A stretch of DNA of 64,000 nucleotides from Octopus sinensis (Eukaryota): positions 62,930,001 through 62,994,000 of the forward strand of contig NC_042997.1 in the NCBI RefSeq assembly GCF_006345805.1. The letters run 5' to 3'. Under the pieces are notes generated by a model. That model made no database searches. It was given only the letters and a program-made list of their open reading frames with translations, and was not told where the DNA came from. Shown here in pieces: positions 22,653 to 37,510 of this stretch. A program made the translations under genes and the position numbers. Position 1 is the stretch's first letter. The number at the start of each line of letters is the position of its first letter.

Positions 22653-23684
22653 GTTTAATATTTGTTGTGCGGTCACAGGAGTGTGACGAAAGAACTTTGG
22701 CCGAAATAAGATTAAGATTAAAAAATAAATATCACTGAAGCAAAATAACACCAAATATATAGTGCGTGTGTTTTTATTGGCTAAACTGGCAATATGACCA
22801 TTCCGAAATATAACAATATATATATATATATATGTATGTATGTATGTGTGTGTGTGTGTGTGTGTGTGTGCGTAAATTATCTTATTGTGTATTTATGTAT
22901 ATGTATTATATATCTATATGTACATTTCCAATTAGAAAAATATTTGTATTACTTACATACATGTAACTACCATCAACTAAGTACCCAAAGTGCATTAGAT
23001 GCACCTACACGATCGATAATATATGTTGAAATATATATAAGATATATGCATTGCTGATGGAAACTTTCATTAAAAGAAACAACAACAATATCATTATGAT
23101 AAAGATCGGGGCGAGAAACGGCATTTACATTAAGCTATGATAAAATATATTTTGCTTAATAGTAATTGATATTATTAGAAATAACGACACTACTATTGAT
23201 TTCCGAATATCTCTATGTTCGTGCATGCGTTTTTTATAAACATGTGTGAGTATGCATTCCATTCGCGTGTGTGGGCGCGTGTACGTCTTAATGCATCTTC
23301 TTTTCTCACCAAGGCTGCTTTTTTTAAAATATAAAATAGTAAATCGTTATGATACAGCAACTAAAGCTGCAAAAACAAACTAGTGATTTTATTTTTATTA
23401 TCACTCTCACATAATCCATTTTTCACACGTTACTACTCTGATCTATCTTAAAATAAATCCATTCTGAGAATACAAAGGTTGTTGCAACACAGTTATGCTG
23501 ATGAAGATATGTCAAAAAACATAAGTGTTAAATTTCAGAAAGCGTACGCTCTGAACAGCCGGTTATGAGTTGTTTGGAAGTGATATAATCTATATCACGC
23601 AGGGGCAAATTTTTTCAAGGTGGGCCGCAATACTAATTTTTTTTGTTAAGTTTACCATACAGTTTATAAAATTTCAGTGACGTT

Positions 23685-23883
23685 AGGTCTATCGTCCCTT
23701 TTTCCGAACCGCTAAGTTATGGAGACGTAAACACACCAGCATCGGGCTTCTTTCATTTTCTGTCTACCAAATCCACTCACACGGCATTAGTCGGCCCGAG
23801 GCTATAGTAGAAGACACTTGCCCAAGATGCTACGCAATAGGATTGAACCCGGAACCATGTGGTTGGTAAGCAAGCTACTTACA
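23685..23883 (-). mobile_element. SINE type B, internally deleted
   Basis: Shared core with 20952-21312. Confidence 0.75.
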
Positions 23884-24624
23884 ATGATATGTATGTATAC
23901 ACACATATACACACACACGCCCGCCCATACACACACATACACACACATACATATACATTCATTAACACATCAAAATAACGGTTTCAGGAAAACACCTTCC
24001 TAACATAATGGCATATCGGGAGAATTTGTTTCAATCAAGAGAGAATTGAAGAAAAGTACAACCATGGAGGTGCAAAGAGATGCTAATTAAAACTAATTAG
24101 GGTTTTATTTTCATGTTTTATTTGAAAATACATATTCAAATATAACTACAGTTGTCGCACAAAATTGACAAATTAAGAGATAGACACAAATACAATAATT
24201 AATAATTACAATAATTAATATTTGCATAAGTAATAAACATAATAATTAATTGTCGCATAATTAATGATTGTCAGGTAGCAATTATTTTGGAGCAGTTGCG
24301 TAGGACGTAGTTGTTCTGATATCCAAAATAGAGCATAAGATTTATATGGTTTTAGTAAGCTGAGAATAGAGAAGCAAGATGGCAGTAAAACCATGCCATC
24401 AAGTCACCCTCGTAATCGAAAGTGACTTGATAGTATGCTCTGTGCTTTTGTTAATTGTATCAGGTGCTCATGTAGTAGGCAGGCATCAGGATATGAAAGA
24501 TATGACAGCTAAAATGTGAAATATTGTGTAATGAATGTTCAACAGCTGTACATCTACCCACAAACATACTCACACATACACATACACACATATAAACGCA
24601 CACGCATACATACGTGCTGTTAGT

Positions 24625-24760
24625 GATTTTCCTTCTTTAGACTTTTCCCTTTGTTCTTTCAGACGAAGAGCTAAGCTTGAAACGTCAATAACTCTCTCTT
24701 TTCACGGACCCTCAAACTAATACCTTCTATGTGCACGACCTCTTCTAATGTTATTGTTAA
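24625..24760 (+). repeat. Solo PLE pLTR fragment with degenerate HHR (24656-24690)
   Basis: CAGACGA-AGAGC-TAA-GCTT-GAAACGTC. Homologous to 20210-20345. Confidence 0.55.
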
Positions 24761-24811
24761 TTTTATTGTTTGTTTTATTTGAAGGCACTACACACACACA
24801 CACACACACAG

Positions 24812-24855
<44 letters not shown>

Positions 24856-25611
24856 AGAGAGATTGTTTGAAATGGAGTATAAATTGTATATATTAGGAAA
24901 AAGGAGGTAATCAGAATTTTAGATAATTCTTTATTAATGCTTCCGTATAATTTCTGGAGATTCTCCAGATTCACGTTTTACAGAAAATTACTTTGCTTTT
25001 ATGCAAATTGGGAAGAAGGTGTTTTTTGCTTCATTATCTACGAGCAAATTGCCCCCCCCCCCACGTCCAATGGACGGTGCTGAGTTGTCAAACCAAATTT
25101 TCTCAACACAACTAGTCCGAACGTCCCATAGGCCTCCCCTTTGCGAAACACTGATTTAACCTAAATTTGAGACACCAGCAAAAGAAGAAATAAAGATAAA
25201 CTTTTTTTCTATTCCAAAGAAAAACGATTTCCCACGGCTTTATCGATCGCATTCTTACCTGGAATCGATTTTTGTAATTTTTCAAGACATATACACACCC
25301 TGATACCGTCGGTATCTACATATCGAATTTGAGCGCAATCGGATGGAGGATGCCCGAGATCCTAGAAGCCCCCCCACACACACAGAACGGATTTTGTATA
25401 AGAGATATGCATGTGTATACAGAAAAAGGAAAAGAGAAAAGAGAAAAGAGAAATGAGAAAAGAAAGAAGGAGAGAGAAAAAAGACAGAAAAAGGACAGAA
25501 ATGAGAGAAGAAAGCATACCTACACAATACTAGTCAACTTCTTTCATTACTTTCACCACAAATTTTATAGATATTTTGAACGTTTTTGAACTACTATTCT
25601 CTTCAAATTAA

Positions 25612-25850
25612 TGGCGGCGAGCAGGCAGTAAACGTCGTGTGCTGGCAGAATCGATAGCGCATCGGAGAAAATGCTGGTGGCATTTATTTATTATGGCTTT
25701 TTACGTTCTGAGTTCAAGTTCCACCGTGATTGACTTTACCGTTCACCCTTAGAGGTTGATAAAATAAGAACCAGTCGAGCACTGGGGTCGATGTAATCGA
25801 CTAAACTTCGCCCTTTAAACTTTTTGGCCTTATATCAAATTATGAAACCA
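25612..25850 (+). mobile_element. SINE type A, tail variant GGCCTTATATCAAATTATGAAACC
   Basis: Head and core homology with 7740-7960. Confidence 0.75.
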
Positions 25851-26071
25851 ATATCATTTTCTCCAAATAAAATACCTCCATTCCATTGGTTTACTCATTA
25901 CTCGATGTGTAAATTCGTTTCCAGAAATCCCAGTAAATTGCAATAACTAATTGTTGTAGGTAGCTAAATCAGTTTTGCCATCTAGTTTTATCCTACATTT
26001 CTTAGGCAGAACCATGTAGCGATCAATTTTGGGTGCCATACTTTCGGTGTCGATATAATAAATACGAAATG

Positions 26072-26282
26072 AAGGTGGCGAGCTGACAATCGTTACCACG
26101 CGGGACGCAATGCTTAGCGGTATTTTGCCCATCGCTACGTGCTGAGTTCAAATTTCGCCGAGGTCGACTTTGCCTTTCATCCTTTCGGGGTCGATGAATT
26201 AAGTACCAGTGAAACAGTGAGGTCTATGTAATCGACTAGTCCCCTCCCACCATATTTCAGGCCTTGTGCCTATAGTAGAAAA
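26072..26282 (+). mobile_element. SINE type A, tail variant GGCCTTGTGCCTATAGTAGAA
   Basis: Head and core homology with 7740-7960. Confidence 0.85.
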
Positions 26283-29200
26283 ATATAATAAATACTAAAT
26301 AAATACAAGTTTTATTTTAAGTCATTACAATAATTCACGTGAGAGGTATGGTTCAAATAGCAATTTACATTTATTCACCCGAAGAATCTCGCGTTTGAAT
26401 CTAGTTGTAGGCGTACACTTGCAGATTTTTGCACAAAGGTACATCGCATAAAAGATTAATTTTCATGCAGGTATTCATCTTACGTAATATGAGTAAAAAT
26501 GCTAAGCCTCTATATTCGGTTTCACAGTCTGCTAGAAAGAGTAGCCAAATGTTTTTTTTTTAAATAACACTATACGATCTTCAGAGATAAGCCATATCGA
26601 ATAATGCTGTCAAAGATAAAAAAAAAGTGGAATGATAATAGGTTTGCTTGTTCAGAACTGATGTCGAGCTGACCAACAACAACTGCTGCAGCGGCAGGCG
26701 TATATGACCAAATAGCTAATTAAATCACCCTCTCTCACGAAACTATTGGTATGGGCTGGCGCAGTTTATCACAGTAAGCTGCGGATGTTTTGTTAGCTTG
26801 CAAAGACTGGCTCACATTTTACCATTGCTTTGTGCTGGACAACAATAAACCACTTCAGTGTTTTCTTTCTAAGGGGTTTTGATATAAAATGGCATAATAA
26901 CACCCAGAAGCCGTGTCAGACCTTTTATATTGTAAAGTGGTGCTTTTCAAAATGAATGACATGAATCAGTGACAAATATTTCAGTTGCTCTAACATATTG
27001 GCTAGTAAAACATATTTTACTTTATTTATCGTTTTATAATAGCTATTTCCTTCGGCTTTTTCTGTATTGTTGAAACCTAGAAATTACAAACTACTTTCTT
27101 GTCCTTTCTACATTTTAGAATCAATAAATCACACTTAATATGGGAATGTCCTATCAATGAAAAGTCATTTCAATACAACTATCTAATAATAAACATGGAC
27201 AATTTATGGTCAAGGATTAATAACTACATTTTTTATAAGATAGTAAAAATAGTATTAGCTTGGTATTAACTGATACAAATGGCTGGCTATATTGAATTGC
27301 TAATTTTGCATTCAAGTTGCTTTGGAATGCTTCCAGAATCATTACGGTTGACCTTATTGTTCAAATGTCCTAACATTAATGCTCTGGATACTTGCGTAAT
27401 TGTATTATTGACTATTTGCTACTTAGGTAAAAGATCACAAATTATTTAGTAGAGGAGAATGACATTGTGTGAATTGTATGTCTTCCTCAAGAGCATTAGC
27501 AATATATGTGATGAGAAATGTCTTCAACGGGGATTCGAAACTGGTTTGTGGGATAGGCATAGCAAATTCTTTTCAACGTCATGAAAACATATTAAGTGTA
27601 AAATTGATATGTAGAAAATCAAGCGATTTGTAAGTTGCATTCACACAACTATCTTCTATCTCATGGGTTAGAGAAGATTTCATTTCTGTTACATGTATAA
27701 CACTTCACAAAATATATAAACGTCACATTATCTTATTTTCGTACAGCTCTAAAATTCTAGGGTTGGGTCTAAAGTGATCGCCAAAGCGTAAGCTTTCAGT
27801 TCTGAACATTACATATGCTTATATGTATAACCAGTGGATAAAATGTATCTCTTTGTTATGTATAACAGACAGAAGCGGAAAGCAGAGTTGCTCTCCTTTA
27901 TTTCAAAATGTGACTTAGTCACTCGATAGAATATAGATCGTTAAAATAAATATCGGCCGGAAGTATTGGGGGCAGTAAGCTCACTAACATTCTTGAATGC
28001 AATGCATTATCATTTCTGTTGTCCAACAACTGAAATTAGTAAAAGACTAAAAATAAATATATTTTCAACATTATACCGAGGAGACGACATTACGATACTA
28101 TTAATAATTTTGTTGAGCTCAAAAAGCCGACAAAGAAATCGGTATATCAGGAATTGAGGGACAAAACGAGGCTAAATACTGACTGATGCTCTATCAAGTG
28201 AGTCTTAATAATTTTGATGTCACGTTACACTGGAGATAAAAGAAATCATTAGCGTACTTCACGTGGAAAGTAAAAAGGGAAAAATTCTATTTTAATGCTA
28301 TAACTTTTGAAGAATATAGAAAACTATTGCTTAGTCTTATTAATTATTACATCTTATTAATTATACATATCCTGACATTTAACTACATCCAGCGGTGAGC
28401 CTCTAGCTCGGGAGTTCAGCAGTTTTGGGGCGTGTGGAGTAAATTTTGGTTACCATTACTCCTAGATCCGCTCCTGTCCGGAGTGTTAGTTCCTGTCAAG
28501 GTTCAACTTATGGGTCAAACATCAGAGGATGGTCCCTTTGCTAGGACATACAAAACTCGCTGGAAGGTTGGTTCGCAGACATGTGTCATACAAGCTCTGA
28601 TGTATGTGGACATGCCCTAATGTCACAAGTAGCTATTTCTTCTGACTAAGGGTTAGATTTGCCTTATGCCTCAAGGGTAAAACGCTTGCAAAGTAAAATG
28701 TAAAGAAACCAGCTGAATGCAGCAGGAAGCCATTGCTTTATTTTTACCAAGAAAAATCCTAAATCTTCGGACTCTGCAAGGAGGTCCATGATCACCGATG
28801 TCTTAGGTGAGCACATAAAAAAGTGTGTCTAGCAAGATTATGAATAACATATTTTCATGATGATCAAGCAATTAATATGTATTTTCGGAAACAATGACTT
28901 ACATTTTAAAAAATCTGAGTACATACCCAGATGCTCTCCTTTGTAAAATTTGGTAACTACTACTTTAATATTTCAGTTAATTAGCAGCGCTTTATGATAA
29001 AGTTACATACGCACTGTGGCCGAGTGGTTAAGAAATACTTTAGTCAGTTACGGGCATCACGGGCAAGTATTTTCCCCATAAGTTCGGGAAAACTTAACCT
29101 TGTGTGTGAAAGCAGTAGGCATAAAGAAACTGAATGGGAGCCCATCAGATGGATTGTGCCAATAACTTAAAGCACTAACTTAGTCCGCTTCAGAATTAAT

Positions 29201-30614
29201 GCAAAAGTAGACGTATCCGTGGAATGTTCATCCATTTAAATATTAATTCAATGAGCTGGATATTTAGCTGAGCTGAGTCTACGACTGACTGTTCAGCAGT
29301 CGTCAAAGCAGATAAGTGAGGCATCTACTTATTACATACTAAAGGTAACATTAATGATTTTATTATTTTTCTCCTTTCAAAAGAAATAGTTGACTTTATA
29401 TGTACCGTGCAGCTTTGTCTCTCAGACACAGATATATTCAGAGGTATCGCGAATCATGAAGCATCCAAACATGACCATCTCGTTTTTTATTATAGATATA
29501 CCGTTCAACACATTATCCGATGTATTTTTCCTTCTTTTTAAGGTCGTGCATTATGATGTGAGTGGTATTTCGTGCTTTCGTGGTTATTTTCAGCAGGTCG
29601 AGCGATCATTTAGCTGCTTTCTCATTGGCTCATCTTATATTTGTTAATGTGCGTCCTTATGTACATACGATGACCAATACGAGGAAAACCTTATAAAAGG
29701 CGGAAATAGGCAGGTTTAGTATTGGATTCATATAATATATACATCAAAAATACCTACATACATGCATACAAATATATATATGCTCATAAATATCCATAAA
29801 TACACGCATACGTGTGTATAAATGTGCATATATATTAACTCTATATCTTACTACTTCTTTCTTCTTCTGACAGTTTGAACCATTGTAACTTAGGCCATTC
29901 TGGAGCAACGCCAGATTAGATGTTTACACAACTTTACACAATGACACAGAAAAAAAATAATATGCTCGTATTATATATTAAATAATAAACAATCAAACAA
30001 GCCCTTGGAGCGAAATCGAAATTTATATGAACAGAAAAAAAGCACCTTAAAAAACTGTGTATTGAACGAAAAAGGAATTATTAGCAAATTATGAAAGACT
30101 ACTTTTGCTTCTGTAGCGGAATCATGTATTGATTGGAAATCTAATACATTACCGTGGGTCGATGCAAATAAATATAAAAGGTATTTTGATTAGTCAGAGT
30201 GAGCGGCAACATTCACAGAATTCTGTATACAAATGTCTCCTTTGAACACCATCATATATAGGAAACAATCGCACAGTGGAAATTATAGGTAAAACATGTA
30301 ATTGAGTATTAGTTTGATGTAATACATATATTCTTGCATCTAATGCATGCCAAAAGGAATATGTATTTGAATCATTAAATTATTTCTGATTGTTATAATA
30401 CATGTTACGTCAAGGGCGCAATTCTTTTTTCATCTGAAGTTCAGGACTAATCTCATTTCTCATTTATCTTATATCTGCGTACGTGTGTGTGTGTTCGTGT
30501 GTGTTTGTATGTCTCTGTGCATGTGTATGTGTGTATATGTATATATGTATGTATGTGTGTATGCGTGTAATTTGTTAAAACGAGGCTGGTTTGGTTATTC
30601 CTACCTAGACTTCT

Positions 30615-30878
30615 TTCTGACATTCATCAACATCATTATCATCATCATCGTCGTCGTCGTCATTATTATCATCATCTGTTTCCATCTCTTCCTCCTCACC
30701 ATTATCACTATGTCGACAAACAGCACCGACATCACCATCAGAATCACCACCACCACCACACCACCACACCACCACCACCACCACCACACCACCACCACCA
30801 CCACAACCAACCTCATCATTATCACTACCACTATCACCGCAATCACCACCAACACTACCACCATCATTACCATTGTAA
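30615..30878. repeat. (CAT)/(CAC) trinucleotide low-complexity tract
   Basis: Seen directly. Confidence 0.9.
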
Positions 30879-32265
30879 GGTAGGTCTACCTTGTTCAATG
30901 CATCAATTCGTTTTTAGATGACAATAAAGTGTATTTGAAGGAGAATTGGCTGCGATTTCTAGCAGGATGATCGACTGCATAGAGGCATCCCTTGCTTTCA
31001 AACGTTAGATTTGCGAAGCAAGGAAATAACCAACATTCATTCAAATGTTGACTTTTGTCTTCATAAAACATTGTTTTCTGATGAACAAGTACCAACTCCT
31101 TTCAAGATAAGTGAAAGAAAATGGCTTCATTTGTAAAATACATTCCAAACCTTTATTTACTTTATTTGAATTTGTTAAGAACAGAGTTCAAGTTTGACTG
31201 CATTTATTAATACTTAAAATAAATAAAATCATTTGAATTTATGATAATTTGGATGAAAATGCTTTAACAAGATAGACTCTTCTGTTGACTCATAAGCGTA
31301 AATTCATTAAGAATTGAAACACGTAACCAATTAAGAAGAACCACTTTCAGCTTCATGACAATTCTCAAAAAATCTTAGAAACATACGAATGACAGAGAGA
31401 AAAACAACAATATATAGGTATTATATATACAGGGAAAATGTTTAAGAAACGGTGTATTGAATGAAAAAGGAATTATTAGCGAATTATAAAAAAGACTAAT
31501 TTTGTAGAGAAATCGTGCACTGATTAGAAATGCAATACATTAGAAAACATAAGTGTCTGTGACTCTTATATATGGCCATCTTCTGTAAAGAATGTGACCC
31601 AATGCAAAATTTCAGGTACCTGCGTGAAAAACAGTTCTTTTAGTTTACCATGCGCGCAAACCTATTTATATCAAATATTAAGATTGTTATGAATTTCTTT
31701 AGGTTACAGCTATTTCCACCATTAGATGAAGTGGAGGCATAGTTCAGTGCCTGAGCAACAGCTTACAGTTTCCTCAGAGCCTCTGATATATAGTGCAATT
31801 CATGTTTGAGGCTCTGAAGAAGCTGTAAAGTGTTATTCTGGCACTCAACTATGAGTCCACCGCATCTCATAGTGGAAACAGCCGTAAGCTGATTAAGTTT
31901 ATAAGAGAATCCTTATTTCTTTGTCATCTCTTTTCTCATTACCTTTCTGTACTCGACTAACGCTTCGTTCAGAGGCATACGTATATGAAGCTCTACAGCA
32001 GGTTATTAGTATCGCAATGCCTAAGCAAAATACATTAAGAATAAAGTTTAAATGAAGCTAAAATTTATGAATATATAGTGCGTGCTAGAGTTGTAGACTT
32101 GCTACAAAGGCTACACCATCTTCCGTGTTACCATTCCTGAGAAATGAAAGAAGTATCCAGCATTTACAGCATCACCGAGTATAATCAATTGTCCTACGGA
32201 GTCTTCTTTTTCAGCGTCTATATGCCTGTTAGCCTGTTATTCGAATGCATTGTACCCCACGCTCA

Positions 32266-32336
<71 letters not shown>

Positions 32337-33117
32337 TGTCTCTAATTCTTTTTTCCTCCCCTTCACCACTTATATATACATATATATGTATGTGTGTACC
32401 CCGCAAGCATTTCCGATTAAATTTATCTTAATAATTTTGATCCGACTCTACCCTGCACTGTTCTCTCTCACCCCCTTTCGTTTTCTCTCTCTTGTTTTCT
32501 CTAATTATTTTTTCTCCCCTTCTCGCCCTTTCGTTTTTTTCTCTCATCCTTTCTCTAATTCTTTTTTCTCCCGTTCACCGTTTTCTATCTGTCTCTCTTC
32601 CTCTCTCGTCCCCCTTTACTCTCTCTCTCTTGTTGCTCACACGTGACCGTCGTCCATCTTTCTTTTCCTCACATAATCATCTTTCTTTTACTTCAGTCTG
32701 TCGTACAGACCAGACGCATTCTTATCTGTCTCCTCTTCTGTTTTTTTTTTGTCAAAGATAATATTCCTCCAGTGTTCGCTACCTTATCTCGTCTGGCCTA
32801 ACGGCCCTCCGTGTTTGTTTTCGTTTGGTTTGTTGTATGTCTCCACAGTCCTGTTTTTGTTACCAACTTTGATCCACCGCAAATGCCAAATTTTATTTTG
32901 GTTCGCGGGAGCAATTGCCTTTCGAAGCCTCATATTGTCGTTAAATGCTCGGAATGAGGATAGATGGACAGCCGACAACTGATGAAGGCTCGTTCTTTAT
33001 GTTACCTATCTTGTTTTCCATTTGTTTGTCACGTCGTTTGTTTTCGTATTTCATGTTGTTTACGTTTTGTGACATCCTGTACCCATACATGCATATATAT
33101 ATGTATGTATATATATA

Positions 33118-33192
<75 letters not shown>

Positions 33193-33220
33193 ATATATAT
33201 TACAGGGAATATATATATAT

Positions 33221-33724
33221 TACAGGGAAAAATGCGAGCATGAAAAGTAATATTCTTAAGATTATAAACCCGGAAAAAGTACAGGACAAGTGATTACACC
33301 TGTAAAAGTATTGGACAAGCTATTACTTCTAGTAAAGTAAAGAATAAGAAACGTTTTATTTAAAATATTGCAGCAAAGAATGCCAGTTCTAATTTATCAC
33401 TCTTTACAAGTCTCATCTTTTAAATTTATTGTACAAAACTGTTCAGCTAATTTGTAAGTTTGTCTAATTAGTCATTTTTTCTGTATTTAAGGTAGTTAGT
33501 CAAATTCTACTTAAATAAATATAGTGTTATTTGTAAACTATAATAACATTTTTCATATTCAAATTTTAATTTTAGCTGCAATATTTTAAGTAAAAAGTTT
33601 CTTCTTTACTTTACTAGAAGTAATACCTTGTCCTATACTTTTACAGGTGTAATAACTTGTCCTGTACTTTTCTAGGTTTATAATCGTAAGAATATTACTT
33701 TTCATCCTCGCATTTTTCCATGTA
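33221..33724. mobile_element. MITE-like element with about 130-bp diverged TIRs starting TACAGGG
   Basis: 33221-33352 is roughly the reverse complement of 33598-33724. AT-rich interior. Confidence 0.75.
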
Positions 33725-34689
33725 ATCCATGATTTTTACAGGCATTGCTGTTATAAGATAATTAATAAAGTGTCAATAATTTAAGATTTTACCTTATAAA
33801 ATACTGAAAGATAATATTTCAATTTTTTCATCTTTAACTTAAATATATGTTGCGATTGAATTATTTGATATTACCCGTCCACACCAAATTAATGACAGGG
33901 ATTTTTACCATGTTGTTGGTTGCACCATAGTTCACCAAAAGTTACAAATAAAAATACCCCAAAACCATCAGTTACCAGGCTCACCTTAAATAACCTAATT
34001 TTGCAATATTAGGAGATCACAGGAATTCATTCAACGAAAAACAAAAAATTCCAATGATTCCGGGATTGTGGGGGAGTCTCCCTGCCCCCTCCCCATTTTT
34101 CCCGAACCAAATAGGGGACTTGCAGCATATTAGGAGGTCAGGGTACTTGATTCCACTCAAAAATCCAGTTTTTGTTTTTTTTCTTTGTGAAAATCGGGCG
34201 GATGTTAATATAGAAATTTACCATAATGTTGTTATTTACCCTCAAATCAACCCTGATGCTGCAAACGTATCGTCAAAGACATTCCAGCCTTCAACAAACC
34301 GTCTTTTCGGGATAATCTAGGACATTACGTACAATGGGCGTGTGATTTAGGAAGGGGGATACTTTGGCTGCTATTGTTAGCGTGTAGAGTGACCAGGTTG
34401 AGATTCTTCCATTGGTTCGATTGCGTGATGAGATATTTTTTTACACATATATGTAATATATATATCACCGGCAGAAGCTAGAGGGTAAGTCAAAAGTTGA
34501 GAGTTTCACGTATTGGCACTTATCAAACACGAATTTGTCTATTGTCGCTCTGTAACTTCTGACGAAATAAATCTAAATTACAAAATTTTGTCAAAAATGT
34601 TAAGAGTAAACCTTGTTGTATGTGATACATTCTACCAGTATCGGAAGTTTCAAAGTTAGAAAAGTTAAAAAAAAAAAAAAAATAATCTG

Positions 34690-34826
34690 TACGTCAAATT
34701 GAATAGATCCGAAATAGATAAAAGGAAAAGTCGACCTCTGCGGAATTTGAACCCAGAAAGTAAAGACAAACGGAATACCAAGAAGCATTTCGCCCACTGC
34801 GCTAACATTTTCGCTAGTTCGCTGCA
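34690..34826 (-). mobile_element. Degenerate SINE type A
   Basis: AAAGTCGACCTCTGCGGAATTTGAAC core. Confidence 0.65.
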
Positions 34827-35319
34827 TCAGAATGTAAACATTCATTTTAGAAATATATTCTCATTGCTTAGGTCGTTACACCCTTACTTCCTCACTTATT
34901 TTCCATTTCATGACATTTTAGCACATAACTCTTTTCTACTGATTTTTGTCGAATGCGACTAACGATTCTGAATTCCTTCTGCATTTTTCTATTATTTAAG
35001 CCTAATAAAGTATACTTTTATTTTAAAATTTAAAAAATGTATGTTAATTGAAGATGAATACCTGCCTTACAGCCCACCTTGAGGTCTCACATATTTTGAT
35101 GTGACTTTAATTTCTACTGAATCAAATCTCAAACTATTTATACCAAAGTGTAGCTGAGGAGGTGTCCTCTTTAAAACTATTAACAGTTTGCAAGTTAGTT
35201 AAGCACTGAATTAGTGGTGAGGTTTGGACGTTGCTGAGATTGACGAAATGGTGGACTTAATAATTCAACCACTACCGTGGTTGAATGATATACATGTATA
35301 TGTATGCGTGTACATATAT

Positions 35320-35372
<53 letters not shown>

Positions 35373-35394
35373 CATACATACATACATACATACA

Positions 35395-35463
<69 letters not shown>

Positions 35464-35464
<1 letters not shown>

Positions 35465-35605
35465 TACGGCGGGCTTCCAGTTTCCGTCTAACAAGTCCAC
35501 AAATTCACTCACAAGGCTTTGTTCAGTCCGGGGCTATAAAAGAAAGTGGCACGCAGTGGGACTGAACCCGGAACAACGTGGCTTCTTACCAGCCACACAG
35601 CCACC
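35464..35605 (-). mobile_element. SINE type B, 5' part
   Basis: Core CAAATTCACTCACAAGGCTTTG and B-box GGACTGAACCC on the reverse strand. Confidence 0.75.
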
Positions 35606-35638
35606 TATATCTATCTATCTACTATCTATCTATCTATC

Positions 35639-35704
<66 letters not shown>

Positions 35705-35727
35705 TGATATATATATATATATTATAT

Positions 35728-35758
<31 letters not shown>

Positions 35759-36211
35759 GAAAAATAATGATAAGTTATATACATAGATATTTGTTTCAAT
35801 GAACAAGTTTTATTTTAACATTGAATGTAAACGTTTTTTTCAAATAGGAAATTATAAATATGTTTTCACTTAAAAATTCTCCTATATCACTTTTACTCTG
35901 AAAGTATTAGTGTGTGTTTTCACAACATTTTTTAACATACAAGAGAAGACAGAGAGAGAAAAAGGGAGAGTAAAATAGAAAGCGAGAAAGAGAGAAAGAG
36001 AGAGAGTGTGTGAAAATATTCCAATTACTGAAAAATTCTTGTATAGAAAAAGTTTTACGCAAGAAATTTTGGCGCGCGTTGAAGTAGGTTTTACAGAGGA
36101 AGAAACATCAATTTTTAGGAAGAAAAAAATCACATGCTACGCACTGATGCCGGTTTTCACTGTCGTTCATCTATTAAAGTTCAAAGCGTGATGTTTCAAT
36201 GCATTCAATGC

Positions 36212-36282
<71 letters not shown>

Positions 36283-36314
36283 TTTATTTAAAGCAGCAGA
36301 AAATTCAACAAAAT

Positions 36315-36352
36315 CTGTTACTTTGAGTTTCTCGTTACCGTTCATCAGACAG
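36315..36352 (-). ncRNA. Degenerate minimal hammerhead motif next to TA tract
   Basis: Minus strand: CTGT-CTGATGA-ACGGTAACGA-GAAACTCAAA-GTA-ACAG. Stem I is 4 bp, GUA triplet. Confidence 0.55.
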
Positions 36353-37510
36353 TTTTTGTTTGAATGGAACCGATATATCAATTCTATCCAGACTCTTACA
36401 AACGCTACACCTTTAAAAAATGGACTTGTTTGATTGGCCCTTTAGAAATAACGGTCAATCTTCGAGCGATAAACAAAAAAAATGAGCTCAAAAATATATA
36501 TGTATATATATATAAATTATAAAAATTATAAAATTCGAGGAAAAAACCTTACATTGAATAAAATACATATTGACTTTAATGAAGGAAATATAATTAATGC
36601 ATGGAAATTAAAACGCATTATAAATATTACACTGCAATACATATTTATATAAAAGTGTACATATATATATCAACATACACAGAAGGATGCGTGCAAACGC
36701 CATACATATACAGACGTATAAATATAAATCTAAAATATACACACAAATGCATGCATACATATGTGTACGCAATCTATCTCGCACGCAAGTTAAAATCATC
36801 GATGATAATGTAGCGTTTCTTATTTACGGAGTAAAGCTTAAGTGAGGGGGACGTAAAGTTGTATGCACCAGTATCAGTTAGAGAAAAAAACGAAAGAAAG
36901 GAAGAGAAAGAAAAAGGAACGAAAAAGGGGGAAGGAAAAAAGAAAAAGGAGGGGTGGGGAAAAAACGAAATAAGAAAAATTATGTATACAAGCTGTGTAA
37001 CCACCTTATTGACATATATAGAGACAAGTATACAAACACACAAGTTCAAATAGATACATACACATACAGTCGTGTATGTGTGTGCTTAAGCACAAACATA
37101 CGCTCACTTACACATACACAGAGACACATACTTACAAATACATATTCATGGCTATACACATATTTACATCAAAATTCTAATTTTTGACAACATTGCTTTT
37201 TTAAAAAAATGGTGGGTGCAATAATGAAAAATATACGAAAGACATATAAAATATAACACCCTATTTTGGATCATCTATAAATTAAAAATCAAAGTAATCC
37301 TATACAATACAATAACATGAAATAAACAAAGCCGAAGTTTTTTCCTAATGTATATGTAGAAATATAAACAAAACAAACAAAATATATGCATGAGACTTTG
37401 CTATACGGAATGAAATCTGCATAGCGCGAAACAAATCCATCGTCGCGTTTACATACTAGTCCAAGAGTAAAAATCAAAATTTCAAAAATCAAAAATACAA
37501 AATATATACT

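Noticed and set aside
30895-31095. Non-repetitive 66-aa minus-strand ORF
   Set aside because: No motif, and the candidate splice boundaries give stops in all frames.
32985-33010. CTGATGAAGG as an HHR core
   Set aside because: No closing stem II or downstream GAAA found.
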